Source of the DNA: Lobosporangium transversale
Lineage: Eukaryota
Direction: 5' to 3'
Length of the DNA: 64,000 nt
NCBI RefSeq assembly: GCF_002105155.1
Contig: NW_019029001.1
Location: forward strand, 496,001 to 560,000
The translations under genes and the position numbers were made by a program. The notes beneath the pieces are model-generated. The model worked only from the letters and a program-made list of their open reading frames with translations. It was not told the DNA's origin and searched no databases. Positions 35,215-48,806 of the stretch are shown here, piece after piece. Position 1 is the first letter of the stretch. Every line of letters begins with the position of its first letter.

Positions 35215-36508
35215 ATGGCACTCTATAATCCAAACAAGCAAATGATCCCTGCAACGGCTACATCACATCCTCCAGCTACACTTGCTGCCACACCACTATC
35301 ATACCGATCGCTATCAGCGCCATCGCTCATGCATCTCTCTAACCCACATCAAGACATGTATATGTCTGCTCAAGCATCGCAAGACTTTCTTTACAGAAAC
35401 CAGCAGCAGCAGCATTTCCAAATTCAACCTATGCAACAACAACAGGTAAACCCTCGCCTTCATGGATTTCCAACCCAATCTTTTAATCAGCAGACATTTA
35501 GTCAACAGAACTTCGCAGCTGCATCTCATCCTCTCCAAATGAACGGCACTGTCCAGACAACACAACCAACTATGATGAGGAGTAATACCAATTACACTTA
35601 TCATATGCCCATCCATCCATTTCAGGTGGATAATAATAGCAGCAATAACAACAGCAATAATAAGGACAATGTTGAGTATGCAATCTCAGCTTCCACAGCT
35701 CATGTTTCCTCGACTATGGCACCATCAGCACTTGGGTTTGAAATCCAAAACGACCCTTTCCCTCGTCAGAATAACCCAATGTTTACAACAACGACAGCCG
35801 CAGCACAGGACATGGATGATATTCAAATATCCTCGGTTTCTTTTCCACCATCATCTGCATCCATCAAGAATAGTTCGGATGAAGTAACAGGGGCCACCCA
35901 TAACACTGGTGCTTCAATAGTAACATCATCGTCACCCACATCAACAATAACAACAACAATCCAAGAAACTCCCGTACCACTTCGATCGACTGGTAGAATG
36001 CATTCGATGCCGTTCATGCATGATCCTGACTTCCCACCGTTCGAGTTACCGGAGGAGTTTGCGGGTTACACGTTTACTCGTCATGGATCGCTAGACTCAA
36101 TATACCCACTTACGCAGATGCACAACGAGTTTTACAATCACCATAACTCACACCAGCAGCAGCATGCTCAGTCACGATTTGAAGTGACCGCCGCCATGGT
36201 TCCATCTCTGTCTTCCACTTCAATCACATCCAATTGCTCTCTTCCACCCAATCCAATGGTGGCCCAAGGTTTTAATAATATCGAGAACATCAGCAACAGC
36301 AATAGTTTGGGTAGCAACAACGATAGCCTTGGTCATGCTACAGGGGATGTCAAAGAGGGCAAGTCTGCGAAGCCACGCCGTGCTTCCTTGAGCCCAGAAT
36401 CAAGCGGTCGAGTATTTACATGCTTCTTTGGTGATTGTCGCAAGATCTTCAAGCGTTCTGAACATCTTAAACGCCATGTACGATCAGTGCACACTCAGGA
36501 TAAGCGTA

Positions 36509-36541
<33 letters not shown>

Positions 36542-36769
36542 AGAGTGATAATCATGAAGATGTTGTTAAGGTATTGACTTTTTTTTTTTGTTACAAATGC
36601 TTTCATTATAGCCTTCTTATGCTCATTCCCTGGTTGTCCAAAGCGATTTTCTCGAAGTGATAATTTAAATCAGCATGTTCGGATTCATCGTCATGACAAG
36701 GAGAAGGCTGCTCCCAAACCCTTCACGAACTTCACTCCAATTTACCGGCCCCCCAGTGATTCTGACTAA
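35215..36769 (+). CDS. C2H2 zinc-finger transcription factor, Msn2/Seb1-like, 2 exons
   Basis: FTCFFGDCRKIFKRSEHLKRHVRSVH, intron 36506-36611, then PFLCSFPGCPKRFSRSDNLNQHVRIH; Q/N-rich N-terminus; PKA-type site RRAS. Confidence 0.92.
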
Positions 36770-37559
36770 AAAAAAAAAAAAAAAAAAAAAACTTTGAGGA
36801 TGGGGAGCAAAGGATGTACATTTTCACGCAAGAAAAAAAAGTTACACCCGGCACAACAATACAATGTCGTTTCTTTTTCTTTTCCCGCCTCACTTCGCCT
36901 CTCCCGTCGATCATGACATGAATATCTATGCAGTTTGTATCAAAAAATTAAGTTTTTATTTTGTGTCCTCTGTAATCTATAACTACTTTTTTTATTTTAC
37001 CGTTTGTAAGTCAAATAAACAATACTATCCCAATTATTTATTAAGAGTATAAAAAAAAACTGCCACCAATGGCCATCCAAATGTGTATATATAAATATAT
37101 ATATATATTTGTATTTCTATACTTTATCTGTGCTGCTTTCTTCATGCATGCATAAAAAAAGAAAAGAAAAGAAAAAAAAAAGTCTAAAGGACATCGGGGG
37201 CCACGTGGAGAAGGAGAAGGCCCGATTGTTTCATCACAATCTTAGTGCTAAACGTTAACAGAAAAAGGAAAACCACCAAATGAAGAAATGGAAAACGGAA
37301 AATGCGAAAAAGCGAACAAAAAAAATATTTTTTTTTCTCTTTGCTTTGTATGCCAATTTTCCACAAAAAAGAAAAAGAGATAGGATTATCGGTGCCGCGA
37401 TGATTTTATAACAAGGATCCTATTATAAAAATAAAGCCACATTTTTGATAAGCTGTTGTATTTTGTATTGATGACTTCATAAATTAAAATAGAAAGACAG
37501 AAAGGTCAAATTGAGCAGATTCAAGGTTTTTCTGTACAGAGATAAGAAAAAGAAGCAGG

Positions 37560-37775
37560 AAAATCCAGGATAGGATGGGATAAGATGGGATAAGATGGGA
37601 TAGGCGAAGTTTAATGGCAAAGAACTTCGGTTCAACCACACTAAACTGTATGCCTGGGGAGGCTATATAAGTATATATATTATATATATGTTATATGCTA
37701 TGCTATGCTATGTTTTGTTATACTATATGCTATACAATTATACGCTATGCTATGCTATGCCATGTCATGCCATGC
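37560..37775. repeat. Short tandem repeats (GATGGGATAA)n and (TATGC)n
   Basis: Directly visible. Confidence 0.8.
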
Positions 37776-37949
37776 GGTGTACGTTGTATAAATGCCAAAA
37801 TGAATGTCTTTTTTGTTCCTCTTGTGCACGGGCAAGGAAGTCTGCATCCCATAGAAGAACGGTACATGTATAAATCAATAGCTTTTATTTTATATTTTTT
37901 ATGTATTGTATGCTTTTATTACATGCTGATTTTTTTTTTTAAAAATTTT

Positions 37950-40118
37950 CTACAGAGTGATATCGGACGCCTCATAAATTGTATCCAACATTCCCAGCAA
38001 CTCGTTCTTGGATATACCTGAGACAGACGCTTTCATGACAGCAGACAGCAGATTATGGCGGATGCTCTCCTTGTCGTTCTCGCTGCTGTCGCCTCCTCGT
38101 GTATCAGTGGTGGGGACAAAAGCAGAGGCAGAAGTAGAAACAGATGAAGGTTTACCATCGCAGTGATCATCATCGTATACAGAGTCAACGCAGGCTGAGG
38201 CTGAACTTAAAGGTGATGCTAGAGAGGAAGGATAGGAAATGGAGGGGTCCTGTAATCCTTGTACAACTATTGTTGCTTCCTGTATCTCCTGCATATCCTC
38301 CTGGAATGTGTCGTCAATCATGTTTGTGGATGATATACAGGACGGCAGTGATTGTACTCTTAATCTTGAGCATGGGCTCCCTTTGTCGCAGTCGCCCTGA
38401 TCTACATGTACTTGATATAATCTTGTTGATGCAAACACAGATGCATCAACTATTGGGAGCAAATGTTTCGACTGAACCTTAATATTGTTGATACCGTGCG
38501 GAAAGACATTTGAATGTTGGCCCTCACTAGGTTGTTGGTAATCTGTACTACCATCGATATTCACTTCTTCATTCATGAGAGATGTTTGAGCAGGATTGCA
38601 AGGAAAATCCCGCTCATTTTCAGTCCTTTCTCCTTCCTTCCTCTCTTCTTTTCCCTCCTTCTCCTCCTCTTTTTTATCTTCATCTTCATTATCTTGATCA
38701 ACATTTGTGATCAACCTTTCCAACAACATCGTCAATGTAACAGGATCAACTGGTCCAGGCACATATGCCTGCAGAGAAGCCGGAGCACCTAAGAAGGTAG
38801 AAGAGCTTGACATTCCCCGTAACCGTAGCGATCCATTATCGCTAGTACTAGCTTCTATTTCGTTATCAAGGCCACTAGATCTGGATATTGCTGTATCTTC
38901 GAACGATGCTAGAATTCGTTTTGACTCAGATCCACTTCCATGAACATGGCCATGTTCAACAAGACCAAAGGAATCAACAAGGTCTATGGACTCGTGCTCA
39001 TATGAGTTTTCCCGATGGTCTGACTCTTCTCCTTCTGATTGTTGGGATCCCTCCTCTTCATCATGCTGATCTATGGCATACTTATGCCAATAGTCATCAT
39101 CCTCTTCTTCATTCTCATCTTCGTCCTTAATTTTAACAGCTTCCGGTTCCGTAGCAGTGACAGAAGCAGTATTTATAAAGTCTTGAGTAGATGTGGTGAT
39201 AATGGGCTCAGTAGACTGGAGTGTGGGAGATTTTTCTTTGACAGGTGACTCAGTCTCTGCATCACTGTATTGGCCCCAATAATCATCATCTGAATCATCT
39301 GAATCATCATCTTGTTCTTGGTGAACTTGATCGTAGACACGGAATTGGGAATGTGGCTGTGGGCAAGAAAATGTGGTTGGTGTGGGCTGAAGTGCTGCTT
39401 GCTGTTGTTGTAATTGTTGCTGATTCGGAGACTCAATTATTAAACCTTGATCAAAATTAGGACCGTCTCGGATCCAGCAGTTGGACTGAACCAACTCTTC
39501 TAGAGGAATCACTGTCAGATGATGGTACCTCCAAACTATTTTTTCCTCAATCGCTCCTGTTTCTCTATCCCCTTCCTTTATTCCAGTAGTATTTTTAGCA
39601 GGCACGTTCCTTTCAGCAACAAGCACAACTCCCCAAAGATTGCCTGAACCAGGGTGGGACTCTCCTACAGGAACCAGTGCTAATGCCGTATTTAAACTTA
39701 GAGCTGGACTCGGGTTTAGATTCAAGTGCAAAGAGCAAGGGGAATAGGAAGAAGAGGTAACAGCCTCAGTGTCAAGCGCTTGTTGATATTGTTGTTTCTT
39801 TTGGAAAAATACTGACGCACTTTCCCATGAATGACAATTAAAGACAGTAGGAGAGGCCACAGAAGAAAGGAATGAGGAGGGGGAGGAAACAGCAAATGGG
39901 GGCTGGCTTAAAGACGAGTGTCTTCGCATACAGTGCTCAATAGTTGTTGCGGTCGTTGGATATAATACATATGATTTTGCTGCAAATGTCTTCACCTCAT
40001 CCTGTGGCCATGGCTTAAAGTAGCTGTTCATGCTTTCGCCATGTGAAAGAATGTGCTGCTTCAATGGAACAGAAGCCCAGGAGAGGAGATCATGGTGACG
40101 AGAGTGAAGATGGGCCAT
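37950..40118 (-). CDS. Hypothetical acidic protein (722 aa)
   Basis: Long intronless ORF with twin motifs DDDYWGQY and DDDYWHKY; no family recognised. Confidence 0.8.
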   Translation of the reverse strand: MAHLHSRHHDLLSWASVPLKQHILSHGESMNSYFKPWPQDEVKTFAAKSYVLYPTTATTIEHCMRRHSSLSQPPFAVSSPSSFLSSVASPTVFNCHSWESASVFFQKKQQYQQALDTEAVTSSSYSPCSLHLNLNPSPALSLNTALALVPVGESHPGSGNLWGVVLVAERNVPAKNTTGIKEGDRETGAIEEKIVWRYHHLTVIPLEELVQSNCWIRDGPNFDQGLIIESPNQQQLQQQQAALQPTPTTFSCPQPHSQFRVYDQVHQEQDDDSDDSDDDYWGQYSDAETESPVKEKSPTLQSTEPIITTSTQDFINTASVTATEPEAVKIKDEDENEEEDDDYWHKYAIDQHDEEEGSQQSEGEESDHRENSYEHESIDLVDSFGLVEHGHVHGSGSESKRILASFEDTAISRSSGLDNEIEASTSDNGSLRLRGMSSSSTFLGAPASLQAYVPGPVDPVTLTMLLERLITNVDQDNEDEDKKEEEKEGKEERKEGERTENERDFPCNPAQTSLMNEEVNIDGSTDYQQPSEGQHSNVFPHGINNIKVQSKHLLPIVDASVFASTRLYQVHVDQGDCDKGSPCSRLRVQSLPSCISSTNMIDDTFQEDMQEIQEATIVVQGLQDPSISYPSSLASPLSSASACVDSVYDDDHCDGKPSSVSTSASAFVPTTDTRGGDSSENDKESIRHNLLSAVMKASVSGISKNELLGMLDTIYEASDITL

Positions 40119-42656
40119 GAGGATAGCCTGCGCCTATAAATGAGACGGAAAGGGTGAGTTATTAAAGAGAAGTGGCATGTGAAATTTGCACACAAAAGAT
40201 ACAAAATGAAAAATAAATAACTATGATAGTGGTAATTAAAGTATTCTTGCAGCCCTTGCAGCTTTGCATGAGAAATTGGAAGACAATTCATAAAATGATG
40301 ACAATAGCTACTGTCTTCTTTTCTTTACCATTGACCGAGCATCATTGGCGGAGGGTGCGGACATGGTTGCCTTCTTGGTAAATGATAGAGCGGAGAATGA
40401 AGAATACAATTGGATCTTAGTGAGTAGAGAGTGAAGAATAAAAGAAAAGAAAATTGTCTAGGGAAGAATGGGCGGAATACTAAGTGTTAGGCGCAGAGTG
40501 AGCAGAGAGTACGAAGTGTAGAGAGTGCAGAGAGAGTTTGGGGTGAGAAAGGTCGTTACTTGATCAGGAGATTAAATGAGAATAATGAAATGAGAACTGA
40601 ATGAAATGGCAATGGAAAAGGGAAGAGAGGAGATAGAGGAATAGATAAATGCGATTGAGCTAAAGATAAAAGATAAAGAGTGAAAAAAAATAAAAATAAA
40701 AATAAAAAAAGATGTGCGGAGGGATAGCGCGTGCTGATTGGCTAGGATAAATGTGGAGAAACACAACAACCTCGAGAGTACATGTGTATTATAGGGATAT
40801 CTTTTACAAACACCTTCCTTCTTTCTCTTTCATTTCAAAGTGAAGGAAGGTGCCTGGATTATTATTTATTCAAAGGGGAGGACTACAATTATATGTTTAC
40901 ATTTGAAGTTATTTGTCGTTTGTCCCAAGATGGTGTCAGTATTCCATCTATATATGTATGGAGCTATACAATGTACGAAGCTGGAAGACTACTTATCTAT
41001 CAGTTCAGCTCTATCGCTCAATTGAACCCTACACCTTAAACTCTTATTAGAAAGAAAGAGTAAGAAATAACTAATTATGGCGAACATACGTCGCGGGTGC
41101 CAAAAAGGGCGTATACATCCTCAAGTTGGTAAGGATCATTACACACAAGGCTATTGAGTACCTTCTGCTAAAGGAGCTGGAAAGCGAAGTCAACCTTGCA
41201 ACTGCCCCGAGCTCATTAGCTGGCGTCCTGGATGCAAGCGCGCATGTTGCCACTACTCCACCCAATATGACCCTTGACCAAAAGCCGTGGCGATCGGCCT
41301 GTAGCAAAATAATTTGTTAATGAAAGCTACGAGCATGTAAGGGTGTTTTACAACAGTCTATATCGTGCCATTGCCAACGTCACAGTCACCTAAGAGAACG
41401 AGGGTGCTTCACTATCCATGCTAGAAGCGGACCTTATTAGGGAAATCCTGATAGTTTTTCGTACTCATTTCAACAACTTATCCCGTATCTTGTATTTGCA
41501 CCAGATTTGGCGCAAATTTTCAGAGAAATTTCACTTAAATACGAATTAAGGCATCTATTCATCATGCTACATCCCCCCCTCTTTCTTAAGCTAATTTTGA
41601 GCAAGTTGGTCTCAGGACCTTGAAAACGTAGAGAGGATCGGAATTCACTATGATGATCCCAATGACATGGACAATCTAATGTCGTCCATCATGTCACAGA
41701 ATAAGGTTCAACGTATCACAAAGAATACTATTTCGTGAAATCCAAATCGGCTCCATTTCTCCATACTAGTAGAGTCTCTGAATAAGAAGAGACCCTATTG
41801 TGGATGTTGCAGATTTATCTCTCGAGAATATGAAGGCCGTGCCAACAACCGAACAGATTGGGCTTGTAATGCTTGCAATACTTCCTCTTTGCGTAAACAA
41901 AAAGAGAAATTGTTTTGAGAGGATCCATAGTAAAGAAGGGCGTCAAAATTCAACTTACTCGCAGTAACCATTTGTAAAAAATGGTGCAATTTTTTTTATT
42001 TTTTTTATTTTTTTTTCCTGCAGGATAAGGGATCAATTTTACAACAGCTTTGCAAACATATAGTCTGATTTGAGTAGATGTATTTAAAATATGTTTTACC
42101 TTGGGACCATAACGTAATGAAAGGTGGAGCTATTTTGGAAAGCAAATCTGATGATGGCTGCGTTTGAGGAGGGACAAATCAAAGAATAGTGAGACCGCTA
42201 CCTAAAACTGCCACCCGACACGTTCTCGACTTCTAACTGACACAATCGTACAACCCTTGGAACATGCTATGGCCCCTACGTCCTGAAACATACATTAATT
42301 ATGAAGGGCCGTACATGGAGTCGAGCTAGCTAAGGGAGAAGAGTACGTGAAGCACGGTCGTGATATCATGATGGTCATGTATTGTGGAGTTACGTAGTCA
42401 ATATTTTTGAGTATCGAGGTTTGAAAGAGGAACTGGGGGGCGATATCAAGTGTGATCAGGAGACAAAGTGGTTTTTGTGGAGGCAGAGCATTTAAAAGGC
42501 ACTTTAGGTAAGTAAGAAGTTCGTAATAAACGAAGAACTTGAGACGGTAAAGATGGCCATCCTTTGGACTTGTGTATGAAAATAAATATCCATCTCACCT
42601 CCTTGCAGTGATCTAAGCTGGAAGCGAAGCAGCAGCGATTTTTGAGAACAAGCACG

Positions 42657-42824
42657 TGCTGGTTAATTTTTTCAGCATGCTGGTTCAATTTTTCAGCATG
42701 CTGGTTCGTTTTTCCAGCATGCTGGTTTATTTTTCCAGCATGCTGGTTTATTTTTCCAGCATGCTGGTTTATTTTTCCAGCATGCTGGTTTATTTTTCCA
42801 GCATGCTGGTTCGATATTTCAGCA
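42657..42824. repeat. Eight tandem 21-bp units (TGCTGGTTTATTTTTCCAGCA-like) in the left TIR
   Basis: Directly visible; the right TIR has four units. Confidence 0.95.
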
Positions 42825-43199
42825 TACTTGTTAAAATTTATTAAAATTTTTAACTTGCATAACCAAGTGCTCCTCCATGCACTGCTACCTCAGAATCTCG
42901 AGCATCAATAAAAGCTTGATTACTCACAGCTACAGAATGGATAATCCTCATTCAAACATTTGTCAGTTTTGTATATGCACATGCCTAAAAAAAGATGTCA
43001 GCCGTAGTCACCCTTCATTGCCTCTTCACAAAAAAACAAAAATGGCGTGCTAACTGCAGCTGGTGGAACAGAAAGGTTTTCATGCTACACAAAACCAAAC
43101 ACCAATTGAATGCTACAACGTTGCCTTTATCTTCTTTATCTTCTTTATCTTCTTTCCATTGTTACCCGTTTTACTTTCACACAAAATCTTTAAGAAATA

Positions 43200-46077
43200 A
43201 TGGCAAATCATACACATGATCCTCTTCACCAGGATGAGAATGGAGAACAGGGGTATGAGGATGAGGATGAAGATGAGGATGAGTATGAGGATGGACACGA
43301 GGAGGGGAATGAGTATCAGGAGGAGCACACCAGTGACGAGGACGAGGACGAGGACGAGGAAGAGACCCTTATACCTCGCCGAAATCAAATCGAACGAAGA
43401 ATGCAACTCCAGAAAAGTCTTCCAGCAAATAGAATCGATTCTCCCCAAACTAGTGATGCAGCCTACAATGGCGAATCGTTCGAGACGCAAGATATGCCGT
43501 GTGATGAGCTTGAGGTACTAGACTCCTATCTTGGTGCGAACCCAATCTCGTCTTCATCCCAGACGATGAGACCCATGGTAAGCATTGGTCGCGAAAAGAG
43601 GAGGTTCATCAAAACTTCTTCTCCTCCCGGTGGATTTGCGCAATCGGTTCATCATGCCAGACCAAGGACGTTTGGACGTTCTCAATCATCAACAGCTTTG
43701 CCTACATCACGTTATAATCATACGCTACTTGCTGCACAGCAAGCCCCACTGTCATCTCTCCGCTCATCCAACAGCTTCTCCCAATATCGGGAGTCAAAAC
43801 CAGGCCCATCTTCAGTCTCCTCGATTTCTACATTGAGCTCCACGCAACAGCGCAATATTTACGCGTTCAAGATCTATTAATCTTCCCTCTTTTGACTTTA
43901 CACGTGCCATTGATGCTGAAGCATTGGCCAACCGGCGGAGAGAGCTGAGGGATAGTCATTTTGCATCAAACGGATGGTATGATTTGTACGAGTTACTGGA
44001 TTTTGGTACCATTCCTACGCCAGAACAATGCTCTGACGCCCCTCCCTCTCAAAAAGCATTAGCCCTGATTCCAAATCAAAAATCCTTTCGCAAAAACAGC
44101 GTGATTGGTCATTTTTTCAAATCAAGCAAGGAAGAATTCCAGTGTCTGGTCCTGAAAGATGGGGTAATCTGTGGTACTACATACAAGAAAACTGGGAGTG
44201 GATATTCAAGATCTGTTCACTTAACTCAGTGCCATGGCGATTTATATAGTGCCCTCCAAGAATTTCGCAATTGTCAGAGCAGGGTTAAAGGTATCATGCT
44301 GCCACCTGATCCGGAAGAAGTTGACGTGGCTCCACCAAGAAAGGCAAAATTCGACATCGCACGAGATGAGATTGTTAATGAGAGCCTCAAGAAGCCGCTC
44401 CCTCATGAACAAGAAGCATTCGAGGATACGCTTTTACTGCAGTTAATTCGACGATCTTCAGATCAATCATTGAAATGACCAATCCTTATTTCAATATCCC
44501 TACCACAATGGCTATGCAAGACAGGATGGATCGACGAGTTCGAGAGATGAGACGCGAAATCAAAGAGTACATTACCTATTATAAGCTTTACGCTGCCGTC
44601 ACGACAGATTGCTGGACAAGCGTCGATCACAGGAAGTTCTTGGGGACTACAATGCATTTTTTCACGCCAAATTTCGAGCCAGTATCTATTGCAATAGGGA
44701 TGGAACAAGTCTATGGGGTGCAAACATCTCAAAATATTCACCGGAAGTTTGGTAAGTGAAATGCTGATACATCTGCCCCTTATCTTTATATTTTCATAAG
44801 TATTGCAACGTTCTTAACGTTCTTAACGTTTTTTTTTTTTTTTTTTTTTTTTTTGTGGTCTTTTGATTCATTTACCAGCTGAGGCTATTGATAGCATGGA
44901 TATGAGCGAAAGACTCATTTGCGCAACAACAGACCAAGGTGCTAATATAAAAAAAGCGATAGCTCTCTACCAAGAAGATCACAAGGGGGTGCACTGGTTG
45001 GCATGCGCCTCACATAAGATCCAGCTTTGCATCAATAAGTCTTTGGAGCTATGCGAACCCGCTAAGAAATTATTGGACAAGTGCCAAGATATTTCAGTTT
45101 TTTTCAGAGGCAATGCCGCGGCGATGTCTATCTTAGTGGAAGAACAGGAAGGCAAGGGTGCCAAGTTGCTGTCGAGGAACATTACAAGATGGAACTCCCA
45201 GTACAAGATGGCAAATAGAGTGCTACTTTACTCTCAAGCAATTTCTCGCACCTACCATCGCATGGAATCCTCCGAAAAAAGGGAGATAAGGTTGAAAGCA
45301 AAGGAATTAGAGCCAAACCTACTCGATCGTGATGAGGTCAAAGCTCTCCGTGAAATCATTCATATGATGACAGATGCAGTCAAATTCACTGAATGGGTGG
45401 GCAGTACCGACCATCCAAAACTGTCACAAATGTATGTGAAGTTGAAAGAGTTGCTACCGGACTCTCGCACATACGACACCGAGACGGCACAGGAGCTCTG
45501 GAGAAACCTTAACAGGCTTATCAATACGATGTGGGCCGTGGATGACATTCCCGATGTTATGCTCATATCGCTATTCCTGAACCCGGTGACCTTGAGTATC
45601 ATTAAAGACATAATGACAACCAATGGTGACTCTCTCAGGAAGAAAGCTCTAGAGGTGACCAGAGATGCAGCAAAAAAGTTTGCCGCCACCCAAGATGGAG
45701 CATGTTGGGATCAACTTCCTCTTTTGGAACAAGAATATTACCATTCGATAGTTAGTGTCGATATGGTATATTATGATGCGTCTATTTCAAGAACGCCGAT
45801 GATGGACATCGCGCGTTTTGCTCTTACTCCTGAGCTTTACTGGAAGGAGCAAAAGGATAAGGGATTAAGAGGAATGGATTATATTGCTCCATTTGCACGA
45901 GCATACCTTTCTGTCCAGGCTACTTCCAATGATTCTGAAAGGTTATTCAGCAGAGCCGGATGGATCCTGTCTGCACGCAGAAACCGAATGACCAATCAAA
46001 ACTTCCGTAACATCATATTTTATCACAGCTTTGTCTCTGCCCTGAAAAAATTACAGAGTTGTAGCAGTAGCAGCTAA
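43200..46077 (+). pseudogene. hAT transposase with BED finger, apparently broken by two frameshifts
   Basis: Acidic N-terminus; BED-like C..C..H..H (FQCLV..ICG..VHLTQCH); TTDCWTS, TTDQGAN, CASH, TRWNS, ATSNDSERLFS; intron 44752-44878; frame changes near 43860 and 44430. Confidence 0.88.
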
Positions 46078-47265
46078 CTTTTTTATTAAAATAAAGGACT
46101 TCTATGGCAACGCTTAATTTCTAAAACAGATGCCAAACTATGGCTGACATCTTTTTTTAGGCATGTGCATATACAAAACTGACAAATGTTTGAATGAGGA
46201 TTATCCATTCTGTAGCTGTGAGTAATCAAGCTTTTATTGATGCTCGAGATTCTGAGGTAGCAGTGCATGGAGGAGCACTTGGTTATGCAAGTTAAAAATT
46301 TTAATAAATTTTAACAAGTATGCTGAAATATCGAACCAGCATGCTGGAAAAACGAACCAGCATGCTGAAAAATTGAACCAGCATGCTGAAAAAATTAACC
46401 AGCACGTGCTTGTTCTCAAAAATCGCTGCTGCTTCGCTTCCAGCTTAGATCACTGCCTTGGAGCCTCATTTAAGGGGTCACCTGTCCGCAAGTGCTAAGC
46501 CACAGGACAATGATTGCGCCTGCAACTCGAAGGGACAAAGACTGATCTGCCACGTGTAGTATTTGTACACAGCACGCGTCTCGATTAAGTGAACCATGGG
46601 ATCATTGTCAACTTAATAATTAAAAGTGTTTTGTTTTATTTTATTTATTTTTCTTAACCCTAAACATGTAGACAAGAAGAGGATAGTGGAGAGTATAAAA
46701 ATATACATTTAAATAACGTATATATATAAATATGCTTTTATAAAAGAAAAAAAGCTCATGCTTTTTAACCATCATGAGCCCGACCAGTGCTTCATTTTTC
46801 ATCAGACCTTGTTGAAAGCCATGCTCTGTGAATATTACTGCAATCATCGTTGGAAAGCCCTGTTATTATTATTATTTTATTTTTATTAGTTTGGGGATTG
46901 GGGAGGGGGGGGGTGATAGAGGAACGGAGCTTTTTACCATAGTTGCTCCACCTTTGTACAAATTACAAGTTCTGTCAAGGCACGATCATCCACAGCAACA
47001 GTTGTGGCAGCAAGAGTTAGAATTTTTAGTTTGGTGTTTGTGTACATGCCATAATTGTTGAGTGAGCACAAACGTTTGATTATATTTTATGAAGTGCAAT
47101 TAAACAAAGCGACCCTTTCCACGCTTTTATATTTATTTCTCATCTCATCCATTCTCTTTCTTTTACTTCATCACATCCTTAACCCTCAACATAAAAACCG
47201 GACAGACCCGCCACTCATAAATAACACTAGCCAACTTTTCTCAGCCAACGTATCACACAAAAACC

Positions 47266-47965
47266 ATGTCTATTGAACTTGAACCATCCGCTCAACTTGG
47301 CTTTCACAGTAAGAAATGAAATCAAATGAAATGAAATGATGGAATGAAATGAAATAATGAAATGAAATAATGAAATGAAATAATGAAATGAATAAATAAT
47401 TAAGAAAAGCTTTATGTAGTTTACATTGATACTAACCACCTCATATGTTTCTGTGTGCAATTAAAAGGGCCATTGACAGAAGCCATCAAGGAGTCGCTCT
47501 TCATTCGTAATCCAACTCAGCTGCCTATTGCATTCAAGGTCAAGACTACAGCTCCAAAACAGTATTGTGTGCGTCCCAACTCTGGTCGCATCGAGCCTGG
47601 CCAGGAACTGGAGGTGCAAGGTAAAAAGAAGAAAGAAAATAGACTTGGAAGGAGAATGGAATAAAACTGCTACGCCTGTTAGTTAGTCAATCAGCCAGTC
47701 AGCCTCAATCAGTCAGTTCTTTAGCTATACAGTCAGATAACAAAAAAGGGCTTGCGTCAGCTTATGTTTCAGTATCAGTCTCCTGGTGTGTCGTGAGTTA
47801 TTCAGCCTGCGATTAAAAACAATGCTGCACAGGTCATCTCCACAAATGGCATAGTTGACAAATCGAAACTACAATGTGATCTACTTGCAGATAGCGGGAA
47901 ACATGACAAAGTCGGGCCATATCAATTACCATATAATTGCACTTTGTCTGATGCTTGTCCCTATT

Positions 47966-48000
<35 letters not shown>

Positions 48001-48768
48001 TCGTTCACTAGTTCAAATGCAGGCTATGAAGGAGGATCCACCAGCGGACTTTAAATGCAAAGACAAGTTCTTGGTCCAAAGTGTAGCGATTACAGCCGAG
48101 CGTGAACAATTATCGCTTGCAGACTTGGTATGAAGCAAATATCACTATATAAAAAAAATCAGTAATGATCTTAAATTCAGGAGATACCTTTTCTTTTCGC
48201 AACTAAGAGCTCTCATTGATATCTTTAGTACCATTCTAACATAATTGAAATACGTCTATTTTCTTTGGCTTTTTTCATGTAGTGGCCGGCGATTGAAAGA
48301 GATGCCAAGGATCAGATTCGGGAAAAAAAGATTCGCTGTGTCTTCTTACCACCAGTTGGTCAGGAGGCCATCCCACAGACTGCAGAGGAAAACGAGCATG
48401 GGTCTACATCGCGGGCCTCATCTGCACCTCACAGTGCTCATAGCACCATCAATGGCCGCTCTGCTTCAGCTGCAACTCCTACTTCACCCACGCATCCAGT
48501 TACTGCTGATGTCTCTGCCCAGTCGACTCTGCCATCAGCAGCAACAGCGTCATCAACAACAGGACCATCATCATCAGCAGCAGAGGTCACAGCGCTCAAG
48601 CGCGAGCTACAGATTGCTCATGAGACGATTCAGAAGCTTCAAGGCGAAACAACTACGGTAAAGAAAGACCCATTGGCAGTAGTTTTGGGCTATAGGCATA
48701 AAAATGCATAAAAGAGCTATTTGTTTCACCATTGACACTTGAAATGTCCATAACCTAATACTCAATTG

Positions 48769-48806
<38 letters not shown>

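Larger units (their letters stand above)
42606..46455 (+). mobile_element. hAT DNA transposon, 3850 bp, long TIRs (42606-43008 and 46137-46455), 5-bp TSD CCTTG
   Basis: CAGTGATCTAAGCTGG... / ...CCAGCTTAGATCACTG; CCTTG at 42601-42605 and 46456-46460; internal hAT transposase. Confidence 0.95.

Noticed and set aside
41070..42600. Coding-like decayed DNA at the hAT insertion site
   Set aside because: Only short broken frames with no recognisable motif, so it cannot be assigned.
42657..42824. CRISPR-like regularly spaced palindromic repeats
   Set aside because: No unique spacers, lies inside a transposon TIR, eukaryotic context, no cas genes.
42642..42911. Repeat-peptide ORFs (ACWFIFP)n and their mirror at 46234-46419
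   Set aside because: Translation of the 21-bp TIR array; not credible genes.
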